The translations under genes and the position numbers were made by a program. Below the pieces are notes generated by a model. That model was not told where the DNA came from. It searched no databases and saw only the letters and a list, made by a program, of their open reading frames with translations. From Candidatus Zixiibacteriota bacterium (GTDB taxonomy: Bacteria > Zixibacteria > MSB-5A5 > GN15 > JAAZOE01): DNA of 64,000 nucleotides. The number at the start of each line of letters is the position of its first letter. Position 1 is the stretch's first letter. Shown piece after piece: positions 37,038 to 47,340 of this stretch. Where the stretch lies: contig JBDREQ010000073.1 of assembly GCA_043819555.1 (NCBI GenBank), positions 64,001 through 128,000 of the forward strand, written 5' to 3'.

Positions 37038-37691
37038 GTGGATATGAATCGTAAAATCTTTTTTGCAGCTGTTGTATCGTTTTTTATTTTTTCTTCGTTG
37101 GTATTGGCGCAATACGAAGATGAACCTTATGTCGAAGGTTTTGTTGGGGGGAATTATATTTCGCCGAGCGGTTACATCAAAAACGACCTGGAACCAGATA
37201 GTCTTAATGCCACTGGTGGTATAGGATTCAATATTGGGGCAGGGTACTATTTTAAGTCAAACCTGGTCATGGGATTATATTTTGGAGTAAATAATATGGG
37301 GGCGCAAGATATTGTTTTAAATCATCGCGTCTTCGATTTCGGACTTTATGCCAAGTATTTTGTTCGGGATATAACTGAATCATCATTATCGCCATATGTT
37401 AAGGTTTCAGGCGGGCTGGTTTTCAGCAAACTTATTACCAAAGTGACCAGCAATGGCAGCGTTGCCTTCAGGGAATTATCTTATTCCCCGGCTTTTGGAA
37501 CAGAAATTGCGCTTGGATTGCATTGGAAAACCAATGAACTTGGCGCCGTTTATTTTGAAGGGGGCTATAAAATTGATATGATGAATGGCGTCACAGGCGA
37601 GTTTAAGGGTGTTGATTATCCGTGGTCCGATAACAATAATTTCCTGATATTTCGCGCTGGTGTAACGGTTAATATCGGCCCCAAAGAATAA
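37038..37691 (+). CDS. Outer-membrane beta-barrel protein (OmpA-like/porin family)
   Basis: Signal peptide, alternating Gly/aromatic strands, terminal strand FRAGVTVNI. Confidence 0.7.
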   Translation: MDMNRKIFFAAVVSFFIFSSLVLAQYEDEPYVEGFVGGNYISPSGYIKNDLEPDSLNATGGIGFNIGAGYYFKSNLVMGLYFGVNNMGAQDIVLNHRVFDFGLYAKYFVRDITESSLSPYVKVSGGLVFSKLITKVTSNGSVAFRELSYSPAFGTEIALGLHWKTNELGAVYFEGGYKIDMMNGVTGEFKGVDYPWSDNNNFLIFRAGVTVNIGPKE

Positions 37692-37709
37692 TAAATAGAA
37701 AAATATGAT

Positions 37710-37747
37710 AAAAAAACCTTTTCTCAGAGTAGAGAAAAGGTTTTTTT
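37710..37747 (+). terminator. Rho-independent terminator
   Basis: AAAAAACCTTTTCTC-AGAGTA-GAGAAAAGGTTTTTT. Confidence 0.75.
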
Positions 37748-37775
37748 TGTATGATACAATTAAGGGGACAAAAAT

Positions 37776-39116
37776 ATGCCCAAAATTCTAATTGTCGATG
37801 ACGAAGCCACTCAGCGAGATATGCTGTCCGGTTTTTTAGAGAAAAAGGGATTTCAAGTTTACAAGGCATCGAATGGTCGGGAAGCTCTGGAAAAATATTC
37901 AAATATATTCGTCCCGGTCGCCATAATTGATATGAAAATGCCGGAAATGGGTGGGCTTGAATTGCTGGGCAAATTAAGGGATATTAATCCGTTTATCCAG
38001 GTGATAGTTTTAACCGCGTTTGGTACCGTGGAAACCGCGGTTGAGGCGATGCAGGGGGGTGCGTACGGATATCTGACCAAACCCGTCAATCTTGAAGAAT
38101 TGCTCATAAATTTAATAAGGGCTGCCGAAAAAAATCGTCTGATAGTTGATAATGATTTTCTCAATCGAACTCAAGTTGAATTGGCCGATATGCCAGAATT
38201 AATCGGGGAATCGGATGCTTTATTGAAGGTCCGTTCCCTTGTCTCGCGAGTAGGACCAACCGATTCGACAGTTTTGATTACCGGCTCCTCGGGTTCCGGT
38301 AAGGGGCTTATTGCCGAAATACTTCATAAATTGTCACCGCGGAAAAATAACCGTTTCGTACCGCTAAATTGTGCTTCATTACCAGAAACTCTATTGGAGT
38401 CAGAATTATTTGGTCATGAAAAGGGCGCGTATACGGGGGCAGATAAAAGGCGCCCCGGGCGGTTTGAATTAGCCGATGGCGGGGCAATTTTTTTGGATGA
38501 AATTGGAGATATGACTCCGGCAATGCAAGCCAAACTGCTGCGCGTATTGGAGGATGGCAGTTTTGAATCCCTGGGTTCGGATAAATCCAAAAAAGTCGAT
38601 GTTCGGGTTATTTCAGCGACTAATCGAGATTTGAAAGAACTCATAGAAGAAGGAAAATTCAGACAGGATTTATTTTTCCGAATAAATACCGTTAATATTG
38701 AAATGCCTCCATTGCGTGAAAGAGGCGGCGACGTTATGATATTAGCGGAGCATTTTATAAAAAAATCCGCGGCCAAAATGAATAAACATATTGAGGGCAT
38801 TACAAAAGCGGCCGCATCGCTTTTAGTTTCATATGATTGGCCGGGGAATGTCAGGGAGCTTCAGAATGTAATTGAACGGGCCGTGGTATTATCGGTTGAA
38901 AGCGTAATTGATGTCGATGTTTTACCCGGTTTGAGTATTTCTGAAATAAAAAAATCGCCTATGCGAAAAATTAGTCTTTCTGATTTGGAGCTGGAGCATA
39001 TTCAGGCGCTTTTGAATTCTGAAAATTGGAATATGCAAAAAACAGCCGATATTCTCGGAATTCATCGCAATACTCTTAGGCAGAAAATTAGAGATTATAA
39101 AATAAAGAAAGGGTAA
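37776..39116 (+). CDS. sigma54-dependent response regulator (NtrC/AtoC/ZraR family)
   Basis: REC (VDDE, DMKMP, KP), AAA+ (GSSGSGKG, ESELFGHEKGAYTGA, FLDEIG, WPGNVREL), Fis-type HTH. Confidence 0.95.
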   Translation: MPKILIVDDEATQRDMLSGFLEKKGFQVYKASNGREALEKYSNIFVPVAIIDMKMPEMGGLELLGKLRDINPFIQVIVLTAFGTVETAVEAMQGGAYGYLTKPVNLEELLINLIRAAEKNRLIVDNDFLNRTQVELADMPELIGESDALLKVRSLVSRVGPTDSTVLITGSSGSGKGLIAEILHKLSPRKNNRFVPLNCASLPETLLESELFGHEKGAYTGADKRRPGRFELADGGAIFLDEIGDMTPAMQAKLLRVLEDGSFESLGSDKSKKVDVRVISATNRDLKELIEEGKFRQDLFFRINTVNIEMPPLRERGGDVMILAEHFIKKSAAKMNKHIEGITKAAASLLVSYDWPGNVRELQNVIERAVVLSVESVIDVDVLPGLSISEIKKSPMRKISLSDLELEHIQALLNSENWNMQKTADILGIHRNTLRQKIRDYKIKKG

Positions 39117-39291
39117 TATTCCACAATGCTGACAGTGTAATTAAATAATGGAAATTTAAAGGCAGGAAAATAGAAATAGCTAAACACAATAAAGGATTGT
39201 TTAATCTACTCTTTAGATAATTTCATGCGTATTAGGGGTTAAGTTACACTTATTATGTGGCGATTTTCTTTATAGAGGACTATATTTTAGC

Positions 39292-39999
39292 ATGAACTCA
39301 ATGGAAGATATAAAACTGTCATTATCTCAAGCCGGTCCTTCCGGCGAATTATCAATTATTCGTGCCGACGGAGTGGTTGATACGCTGACAGCTTCTGAGC
39401 TTGAAATCGCGATTGATACTTTACTCCGTCAGGAGAAGTTTAAAATCTTAATTGATTTGGGCGGCGTTGATTATATTTCCTCCGCCGGATGGGGAATCTT
39501 TGTATCCAAGATTCAACAAATCAGAGAAAAATCCGGTGATATTAAACTGGTCAACATGATTCCCAATGTTTATGAGATTTATGAACTCCTGGAATTTGAG
39601 CATATAATTCAAGCGTTTGATTCCATTGAAAGGGGAAAAGAAGCATTCAATATTTCCAATGCGGAATCTCAAAATACCGAAAAGGTCTGGAAAACGGGCG
39701 ATAGAATCGTTGATGAAACCGGCAGTAAGATCCAAACCGCATTATCACCCGGGAATAGATCGCGCTCGCTAAAAGAGCCCCCAGTCTTTTCTCCAAATAC
39801 TAAGCCAGAAGATATAATCGTCAATCTGGTTGCCGAAGATCCTTTTAGCTCCATATCAGAATTGGTACGGGATGCATCAGAACTGGCGCCTAAAGTCGAT
39901 TGGGGATGGTGGAAAGTATTTAATATTCTGCGCCAAAAAAAGCTGTTCAGCCGCCGTTCGAGATTTCGTCTTTCTCGCCGCATAATGCGCGGCCGTTAG
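39292..39999 (+). CDS. STAS-domain anti-sigma-factor antagonist with C-terminal extension
   Basis: G.VDT.TA, DLGGVDYISSAGWG, GDIKL; about 110 extra residues ending in a basic helical region. Confidence 0.8.
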   Translation: MNSMEDIKLSLSQAGPSGELSIIRADGVVDTLTASELEIAIDTLLRQEKFKILIDLGGVDYISSAGWGIFVSKIQQIREKSGDIKLVNMIPNVYEIYELLEFEHIIQAFDSIERGKEAFNISNAESQNTEKVWKTGDRIVDETGSKIQTALSPGNRSRSLKEPPVFSPNTKPEDIIVNLVAEDPFSSISELVRDASELAPKVDWGWWKVFNILRQKKLFSRRSRFRLSRRIMRGR

Positions 40000-40198
40000 A
40001 TCCAGGTTTCTTCTCGAAGAATTTTCTTAAAAATGCTTTGAAATATAAATATATTTTTATATAATTTACAGTAAGCCGTCTTAAGTAAAACCTCACCGCC
40101 CAAAAATTTAGAGAGAAAGGATCTAATTAAAGACGCCTTGACATAATTTGATTTCGTATTAACTTTGATTGGAATAATAGACTGGATAGGTAGCAATT

Positions 40199-43100
40199 AT
40201 GCCAATAAAAAAAACCGTTGTTTGCGGTTGGCCGATTTTCCTGATATTGTTTGTGTTTTTAAATGCATCGATTGTTGCTAATGATTCGGGAATTTCTTAT
40301 CAGCCCGGGAAAGCGCTTATTCTTGCGGATCACGGTTTTATTCCAACATTAAACGTTCTTTTTACAAGCGTAAGTGCGGCCGATGCTGGCATTTATCAGG
40401 GCTGGAAACTTCATTCTTTAGCAGACGATTATTCTGCTAAATATTTTGGGAAAAAGGCGGCCGGTGAAACTTTTCTGGCGGATATATATATACTTGAATT
40501 CCCCGATACGATCGATGTAATAGAAATAATAAGCAATATTAATAAAATGTCGGGGATCCGTATGGTTGAGCCCGATTACAAAATGGAATTATTTGACTGG
40601 CCGTCTAATTCCTTGTTTGAACATCAATGGTATTTTCATAACAACGGTCAGGAATACTACGGCATTATTCGTCATGAAGGGAAAAACAATGATACTTTAT
40701 ATATGGCAACCGGATTGACGGGTGAAGATATCAAAATGTCAACGGTTTATGATAACGCGCCCGCTGATGCTGTCGAAGTGATTGTGGCGATTCTCGATAC
40801 CGGTGTTGATTATGGACATCCTGATCTGTTAGGAAAAATATATTTTAATCAAGGTGATATGCCGGGAAATGATATTGACGATGATCATAATGGACTGGTC
40901 GATGACTATGTGGGGTGGGATTTTTCCGGGAATTCCATGTCTGTATTCGGAATCATTGGAGATAACGATCCGTCTGATAACGTCGGTCATGGAACTCATA
41001 TCGCGGGCTTGATTGCCGCCAATTGGGATCAATCCGGTATTGCGGGATTTCCGGGGAATATTAAGATTTTACCGGTAAAAATATTTCCGAGGGCATTTCA
41101 ATCGGTGACCGTTCCGGCTATTATTTATGCCGTTGAAATGGGCGCTCGGGTTATAAATATGAGTTGGGGTTCGCCCTTTGAGATGGGGATTCTTCACGAA
41201 GCAATAAAATACGCACATAGTCGTGGATGCATTATGGCAGCTTCTGCAGGAAATTTCGGCAATAGTTCGCTGGTCGTGCCGGCGGTTTTTGAAGAAACGT
41301 TTACCGTTGGGGGGACAAATTCTCAGGGATTTGTAACGGATTTTTCATCGTACGGACCTTCTCTCGATATAGTCGCGCCGGGCCGTGATATACTATCGCT
41401 CAGGGCAAGAAATACTGATTTATATGAAGATGAGGAACCGGGACTTCGCATAATCGCGGAAAATTATATTCTCGCCGACGGCACTTCAATGTCGGCGCCG
41501 CTGGTTGCCGGGGCGGCGGCCATGCTCTGGTCTTTTAATCCATCTATAGATGCGGCTACAATTGAACAAACTCTTAAAGAGACGGCCGATGATATTTTGG
41601 ACCCGTTCAATAAAGGCGACAATCTGCCGGGCTATGATACTTTATCAGGCTGGGGGCGTCTCAACGTCGGAGCCGCTTTTCAGGCGCTTAACGGAGTGAC
41701 CGCCTATATATCGAATCCGCGGAATACAGAGATTATTCAGGGTGAAATTACCATTGGAATTTCGGTAACCGGTGATTATTCCGGATTTGCTAAACTCTAT
41801 GTGGGGGAGGGAAAAAATCCGGAAGAATGGATTCTGCTTAAGGAGACACCATCTGCAATAAATGATCCGCAGTATTTCATTTGGGATAGTGATGGTTTGG
41901 CGGGCTACTATACTTTTAAACTGGTGACCCAAGCGGGGAGTCATAGAGTTACATGCCGCTTGATTAATGCCGGCGGGGCTCAATTAATATCTCCTGTAAA
42001 TGGAGAAGAGTACAATTACTTAATTTCAATTCAGGGATCGGCGTTCGGCCAGGGATTTGATTCCGTTGTTACTTCTTATCGTTCCGCAGAAGGGAATGAA
42101 TTTAATAGAATATTCAGTAGTCCCCAGATGTATTTTGATGATTACCTGACAGACTGGTCAATATTTTCGCTCGAAACCGGAGTTTATATTTTCAAACTGG
42201 AATCATTTTGCGGGGCGCAGATCTATTCTGATTCGGCAGAAATTAATATTGTAAACACTATGCGTTCCGGATTTCCCAAAGCGCATCCCGGCTTTTTGGC
42301 TTTTTCGCCCGGAACCTCGGATATTGACGGGGATGGCAAAAAAGAAATTGTAGTCGGGACTGACCATGGCGTTTACGCCTATAACGATGACGGTTCAATT
42401 CTTCCGGGATTCCCGGTTTATACTAATAAGGATATGCGGGCGATACCATCATTTGATGATGTTGATGGCGATGGATTGCTTGACATTATAATTTCTGGAA
42501 AAGATATTTTGGCTTGTTTCAACCATATGGGACAGCCGATAAGCGGATGGCCGCGGCAAGCCTCAACCGGTATGACTTACTATACCTATCCGGTTGTAAC
42601 GGCGACTGAACTATTCGATTATTCGGATTCGGTGACACTCTATATGTCGCCGTATGGTGAAGTCAGGGCGTACAATTTTGATGGTACCTCATATTTTTAT
42701 TCGCTTGATGGATTGTTTACCGCTCTTGATCCTAATATTTTTGATACTCTAGCCAATACCGGGTTATCGGCTCCGTTCGTGACAGCAACCGATTTGGAAA
42801 ATGATAACTCAATTGATGTTGTAGCCGTCTATGGTACAACGGTCGATGAATCCGGAGTGTATATCTGGAATGGAAGAAACGGTCTGGCTTTGCCGGGATG
42901 GAACTCTCCGCAGGCCCGAAATATTCGACTGACCGGGGGAGGAGTCCTGGCCGATCTTGATGAGAATGGAACTCTTGAAATAATTGTTGCCGGTGAAGAT
43001 TCCAACGGTTCCAATGGAATATGGGCATTGCAGAACGGCAAAGAAGATTTACCGGGATGGCCGGTTTTCCTTCCCGCCATTGACAACTGGATATCGACCG

Positions 43101-43942
43101 TACCGGTGAGCGTCGATTTTGACGGTGATGGACGCAAGGAAGTGATCATTGCTTATTATAATTGGGATTTTGCCCATGTCTATGCCTTTAATCATGACGG
43201 ATCACCCTGCATAGAGAATCCATCATATCTGCCTCGAGGGTTACTGCTGACGGTCCAGAATACACTGGGTCACATAATAATTGCCGATATTGACGGCGAC
43301 GGAACTCAAAATATAGTCAGTCGAGGCGGGTATTTATTCCCCTTTGCGACGAGTTATGAGAAAATTATGGTCTGGGAACCAAACGGCGCCCCGACTCCCG
43401 GATTTCCCATTATAACCCCTACACCGGCAAACAGCGTATATTCAACACCCAATACCCCTGTAATAGATGATTTGGATGGAGATGGTATGACGGAGATTAT
43501 TTTATGCGGCGATGCCAACGAGCTTTTTGTCTGGAACCTGGGAACTCCTTATATAAGCGAAAATATGCTCTGGCCAAAGTATTTGGGCGACGATAAAAAT
43601 ACCGGCGTCAATCCTCGTCGGGGAACGCCTACTGATGCGAACGATATAAACACTCCAGTACCGGATATTTTTGGAATCACCGGTAACTATCCTAACCCGT
43701 TTAATCCCGAAACCACCGTTCAATTCACGCTGGATCGAGGCGGAAATATTAAACTTGATATCTATAATATTCTAGGCCAACATATAAACCGATTGATAGA
43801 GGGACATTATCCGGCCGGATTGCATCAGATTATTTGGGGCGGAATTGACAAAACGGGAAAGCTTGTAGCGTCCGGTATTTACCTTGTGCGACTCAGCGAT
43901 GATCATAGAATTTCAACGTATAAAATGATTTTGACGAAATGA
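40199..43942 (+). CDS. Secreted S8 (subtilisin-like) serine protease with FG-GAP/VCBS repeats and C-terminal FlgD/T9SS-type domain
   Basis: Catalytic triad ILDTG, GHGTHIAG, GTSMSAP; repeated D.DGDG..EI motifs; NYPNPFNP..IYNILGQ..SGIY. Confidence 0.9.
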   Translation: MPIKKTVVCGWPIFLILFVFLNASIVANDSGISYQPGKALILADHGFIPTLNVLFTSVSAADAGIYQGWKLHSLADDYSAKYFGKKAAGETFLADIYILEFPDTIDVIEIISNINKMSGIRMVEPDYKMELFDWPSNSLFEHQWYFHNNGQEYYGIIRHEGKNNDTLYMATGLTGEDIKMSTVYDNAPADAVEVIVAILDTGVDYGHPDLLGKIYFNQGDMPGNDIDDDHNGLVDDYVGWDFSGNSMSVFGIIGDNDPSDNVGHGTHIAGLIAANWDQSGIAGFPGNIKILPVKIFPRAFQSVTVPAIIYAVEMGARVINMSWGSPFEMGILHEAIKYAHSRGCIMAASAGNFGNSSLVVPAVFEETFTVGGTNSQGFVTDFSSYGPSLDIVAPGRDILSLRARNTDLYEDEEPGLRIIAENYILADGTSMSAPLVAGAAAMLWSFNPSIDAATIEQTLKETADDILDPFNKGDNLPGYDTLSGWGRLNVGAAFQALNGVTAYISNPRNTEIIQGEITIGISVTGDYSGFAKLYVGEGKNPEEWILLKETPSAINDPQYFIWDSDGLAGYYTFKLVTQAGSHRVTCRLINAGGAQLISPVNGEEYNYLISIQGSAFGQGFDSVVTSYRSAEGNEFNRIFSSPQMYFDDYLTDWSIFSLETGVYIFKLESFCGAQIYSDSAEINIVNTMRSGFPKAHPGFLAFSPGTSDIDGDGKKEIVVGTDHGVYAYNDDGSILPGFPVYTNKDMRAIPSFDDVDGDGLLDIIISGKDILACFNHMGQPISGWPRQASTGMTYYTYPVVTATELFDYSDSVTLYMSPYGEVRAYNFDGTSYFYSLDGLFTALDPNIFDTLANTGLSAPFVTATDLENDNSIDVVAVYGTTVDESGVYIWNGRNGLALPGWNSPQARNIRLTGGGVLADLDENGTLEIIVAGEDSNGSNGIWALQNGKEDLPGWPVFLPAIDNWISTVPVSVDFDGDGRKEVIIAYYNWDFAHVYAFNHDGSPCIENPSYLPRGLLLTVQNTLGHIIIADIDGDGTQNIVSRGGYLFPFATSYEKIMVWEPNGAPTPGFPIITPTPANSVYSTPNTPVIDDLDGDGMTEIILCGDANELFVWNLGTPYISENMLWPKYLGDDKNTGVNPRRGTPTDANDINTPVPDIFGITGNYPNPFNPETTVQFTLDRGGNIKLDIYNILGQHINRLIEGHYPAGLHQIIWGGIDKTGKLVASGIYLVRLSDDHRISTYKMILTK

Positions 43943-46107
43943 TAAGATTGATTCCTGTCATATTGATTGTATTGACATCATTGGTAATGGCCGATGATTT
44001 TATATATCATGGTTCTTTTTTATGGAATGGTATTCAGGATGTCAAGGCGAATGACAAATATCTATATTGCGCTTTTCAAAATGGTATCGGCATAATAAAT
44101 CTTGATTATGATTATTCAAAAAAATACCTGTTTTCGGCCGTCGAAATTCCTGGAATTCCGTTCAAGATAAAAGCCTTTGATGAATTGCTGATCGCGGAGA
44201 CGGAAACAGGGGAAGTCTATCTGATAGATATAACAAATCCCGCGGACCCGGAAATAATGGGATCATTTCTGCCGGAATGGGAAATTTGGGATTGGGAATA
44301 TAATGGGAATTACTTATATGCGGCCATTGAATATGACGGCATAGCCCGGTATGACATTTCCGATCCGGATAACGTCCGGTTTGATGATAGCAGCATGACC
44401 GGAATAAGAGTAATTGACCTCGAAGTTGCATCATCGCGCCTATTCGCGCTGGACGATTATAATGGAATATTGATATATGAGCCTGATTCTGATGGAATGG
44501 GTGAGGCTGTCTCTCAATTACTGCTTCCGGAACAGGCGATTTCTTTTTCAATTTACGGCGATACGGTTTATGCCGGAATTCGTCCGACCGGATATATGGT
44601 CGGATCGATCGGCAATATTACCAATCCCGTTTACCTTGAAACAAGGGAATCATTTATTCGCGGCGATAATATCTCCATAACGGATTTCGGAACCGTTATC
44701 TCTAATGGTGTAGTGGGTTTCGAATTAATTTATGGCGAAGGAGATGCGCGAATAGACCAAATATTTCCCGTCGAAAAAAAGCTTGGCCTTGGTGAAGTAT
44801 TTTCATATAAAGGGCATAATTACATAACCTACGCTCATTTGGATAAAGGATTTGTCACTTACATAATTGACGATCCGCAAACGCTTGATATTTTATACCC
44901 GAATATGGTCTATGCCTCTCCGGGACCGATAAAGCAATTGGAATTCCACAATTCAAGGCTGCATACCATCGGGCCAAACAACCGTTATGAAATCTATGAT
45001 ATCTCAAATCCGGATTATCCCGTTCGATCCGGACGTCTGATAAATCCCCCTTATCGCCCAGCGGGAATGTTCTCAAAGGGAGATACAATATTTGTCGGAG
45101 ATCATTTGACGGGAACCATATTCCCGGCGTTGGATTATGGCGTTGGTGACCCAGACTTAGTACAGCCCTTTTTCTCATTATCAATTTCAATGGGGCGACC
45201 TCGGATTATCAAGGATTATTTTTTCAACGGTGATCTGGTATACACTCATTATTTACGATATTTGAAAGGAATCCGACGAGATATTAATGGGATAACACCA
45301 AATGTTATCAATTGGGAGTTTGAAACGACAACTACTGCCGTATGTTTTAGGGATAATTTATTGTATCGCGGAACATCAGATGATAAACTTGAAGTATATG
45401 TGATTGATAATGATTTTGGCATACAGTTGGCCGATGTCACCGAGATTTTTGGCCAGGTCAATGATATTATTGCTGATGATACAATGCTATATATGGCTTC
45501 GTCGAATGGTTTTTATGTCACAGTAACGAATGAACCCGGTCATCCATATATCCCGCATCCATTCATGTTTCACTCGATTAATAATTCATATGAATTGGAA
45601 ATGAATAATGGCTTTGTTTATGTGGCCGGCGACTCAGGAATATTCGTTTATAATATGTCTAATCCTTTTCCGGACAATCTCCAATTTTCAGGAGGAAAGC
45701 CGGCTTCCCAATTGACCGTCCAGGGAAATTTCATTGCAGCATCAGACGGCAAAGCTGTTTATATTTATTCAATTCCGGTGACAGCCATTGAAGAGAATTT
45801 GCCCCATAATATAGTTCTCGAAAAGCCTTCGATTATCGGTTATCCAAATCCATTTAATCCTTCAATCACGCTTGTATTAAGGAATTTTCGGCTGACTGAT
45901 GAGAATATAGCAGTTAATGTTTATGATATTTTGGGGAGGAAATTGCGGTCACTCGCGGTTTCTGCCCGTCCTACTTTGATTGATAATATTGAAATTTATT
46001 GGGATGGGAAAGACGATGATGGCCAAAACGCTTCATCCGGTATCTACTTATTTAAAGCTCAAACCAGAAACGAATCAGCGGTTTTCCAAGGGATTCTTAT
46101 TAAATAA
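43939..46107 (+). CDS. Secreted LVIVD-repeat beta-propeller protein with FlgD/T9SS-type C-terminus
   Basis: IDITNPADP, YDISDPDN, YDISNPDYP repeats; YPNPFNP..YDILGR..WDGKDD.G..ASSGIY. Confidence 0.75.
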   Translation: MIRLIPVILIVLTSLVMADDFIYHGSFLWNGIQDVKANDKYLYCAFQNGIGIINLDYDYSKKYLFSAVEIPGIPFKIKAFDELLIAETETGEVYLIDITNPADPEIMGSFLPEWEIWDWEYNGNYLYAAIEYDGIARYDISDPDNVRFDDSSMTGIRVIDLEVASSRLFALDDYNGILIYEPDSDGMGEAVSQLLLPEQAISFSIYGDTVYAGIRPTGYMVGSIGNITNPVYLETRESFIRGDNISITDFGTVISNGVVGFELIYGEGDARIDQIFPVEKKLGLGEVFSYKGHNYITYAHLDKGFVTYIIDDPQTLDILYPNMVYASPGPIKQLEFHNSRLHTIGPNNRYEIYDISNPDYPVRSGRLINPPYRPAGMFSKGDTIFVGDHLTGTIFPALDYGVGDPDLVQPFFSLSISMGRPRIIKDYFFNGDLVYTHYLRYLKGIRRDINGITPNVINWEFETTTTAVCFRDNLLYRGTSDDKLEVYVIDNDFGIQLADVTEIFGQVNDIIADDTMLYMASSNGFYVTVTNEPGHPYIPHPFMFHSINNSYELEMNNGFVYVAGDSGIFVYNMSNPFPDNLQFSGGKPASQLTVQGNFIAASDGKAVYIYSIPVTAIEENLPHNIVLEKPSIIGYPNPFNPSITLVLRNFRLTDENIAVNVYDILGRKLRSLAVSARPTLIDNIEIYWDGKDDDGQNASSGIYLFKAQTRNESAVFQGILIK

Positions 46108-46218
46108 TAGACTATTTGGGTGTCGGATTGTATCAATAGGAAACGACAAAATTATCAAAATCCTTGACAATTGCGGAATAATTTTTAATTATTCACAAAA
46201 GAATTAGGGAGGATAGCC

Positions 46219-46884
46219 ATGAAAAAATCTCTTCGTATAGCTTTATTTGTATTTTTCTCGATTTTACTTGCTGGTGGAACGGTCATTGCCGGAAAGATCG
46301 GTGAAATTAAGGATAAGGTTTTTACCGATAATGACCACGGAATTTCCTTTAATGTTCCTGAAGGGTATTCTGTAAAAATGGCATCAAAATCAACAAACCC
46401 AGTGCGTTTGACTCTTATGGATAAAAACCCAGTATATTCTCGCGATTTTATGGGTGGCAATGAAGATTACGCTCAAATTCCAACTTTTACGCTTATTGTG
46501 GATACATGCAGTTCAACGGTTGATGAGTTTATAGAGAATTTGCTCGATAATAAATCCAAATCCAAGCAGAAAAAGTTCTTCCTAAAGCATATGAAGATAA
46601 TCGCCAAGCATCATGAAATATTAAGGAGCGGCAATATTACCATTCAAGATTCCAAGGTGACTCTTTTGGAAGCCCGGCAGCCTTATGAATTGCAGATTTC
46701 TAATCGCGGTACGGATCGTGCCAATGCAATAAATGGCAATTTAAGCGGCTGGATGTTTTTTACGGTCCGTGACGGGAAAATATATGTGATGCATCTGATT
46801 AGCGAGTACTTATCAAGTGCGAATTACGCTCCTATTTGGGATGCGATTATTGGCAGCGTTAAATTTGCAGAGACCAAAGAATAA
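46219..46884 (+). CDS. Hypothetical exported protein
   Basis: RBS GGAGG, signal peptide, upstream TTGACA, downstream terminator. Confidence 0.7.
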   Translation: MKKSLRIALFVFFSILLAGGTVIAGKIGEIKDKVFTDNDHGISFNVPEGYSVKMASKSTNPVRLTLMDKNPVYSRDFMGGNEDYAQIPTFTLIVDTCSSTVDEFIENLLDNKSKSKQKKFFLKHMKIIAKHHEILRSGNITIQDSKVTLLEARQPYELQISNRGTDRANAINGNLSGWMFFTVRDGKIYVMHLISEYLSSANYAPIWDAIIGSVKFAETKE

Positions 46885-47007
46885 TTCTGTGGAATTTACT
46901 ATTTATGACCCATTTTGGCATGGCTGAAATGGGTTGTTTTTTATTGACCGATAAAAAGTTATCTGTTATATAGCTTCTTGTAGTATTATCTGTATCAAGG
47001 AGGATAT

Positions 47008-47340
47008 ATGTGGGCTTTTTGGACTGTATTAATAGTCATTCTTATCGTTATTTTAGTCGGTTTTGCGGTATTCAACGCTCAGGAAATGGTGACAGTCGAC
47101 TTATTTTTGTCCAAATATATCAATGTTCCTATGATCGTGGTTGCTTATATGGCATTTACATTTGGGGCCTTGATTTCCTTCTTGCTTTTCGTTTCGATTT
47201 ATTTCAGGCAATTATCGGATATCAGGAAATACAAGAGGCGTGCCGATTCACTGATATCCGAGATTTCCGCCCTGCGCAATCGCCCGATTGAAGAAGCATC
47301 GGAAGGTTTTTTACTTTCAGAAAAGGATGAAAACAAATGA
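47008..47340 (+). CDS. lapA: Lipopolysaccharide assembly protein LapA
   Basis: Two TM segments with FAVFN..V.VDL, then a coiled coil ending LRN.P; upstream of lapB. Confidence 0.8.
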   Translation: MWAFWTVLIVILIVILVGFAVFNAQEMVTVDLFLSKYINVPMIVVAYMAFTFGALISFLLFVSIYFRQLSDIRKYKRRADSLISEISALRNRPIEEASEGFLLSEKDENK

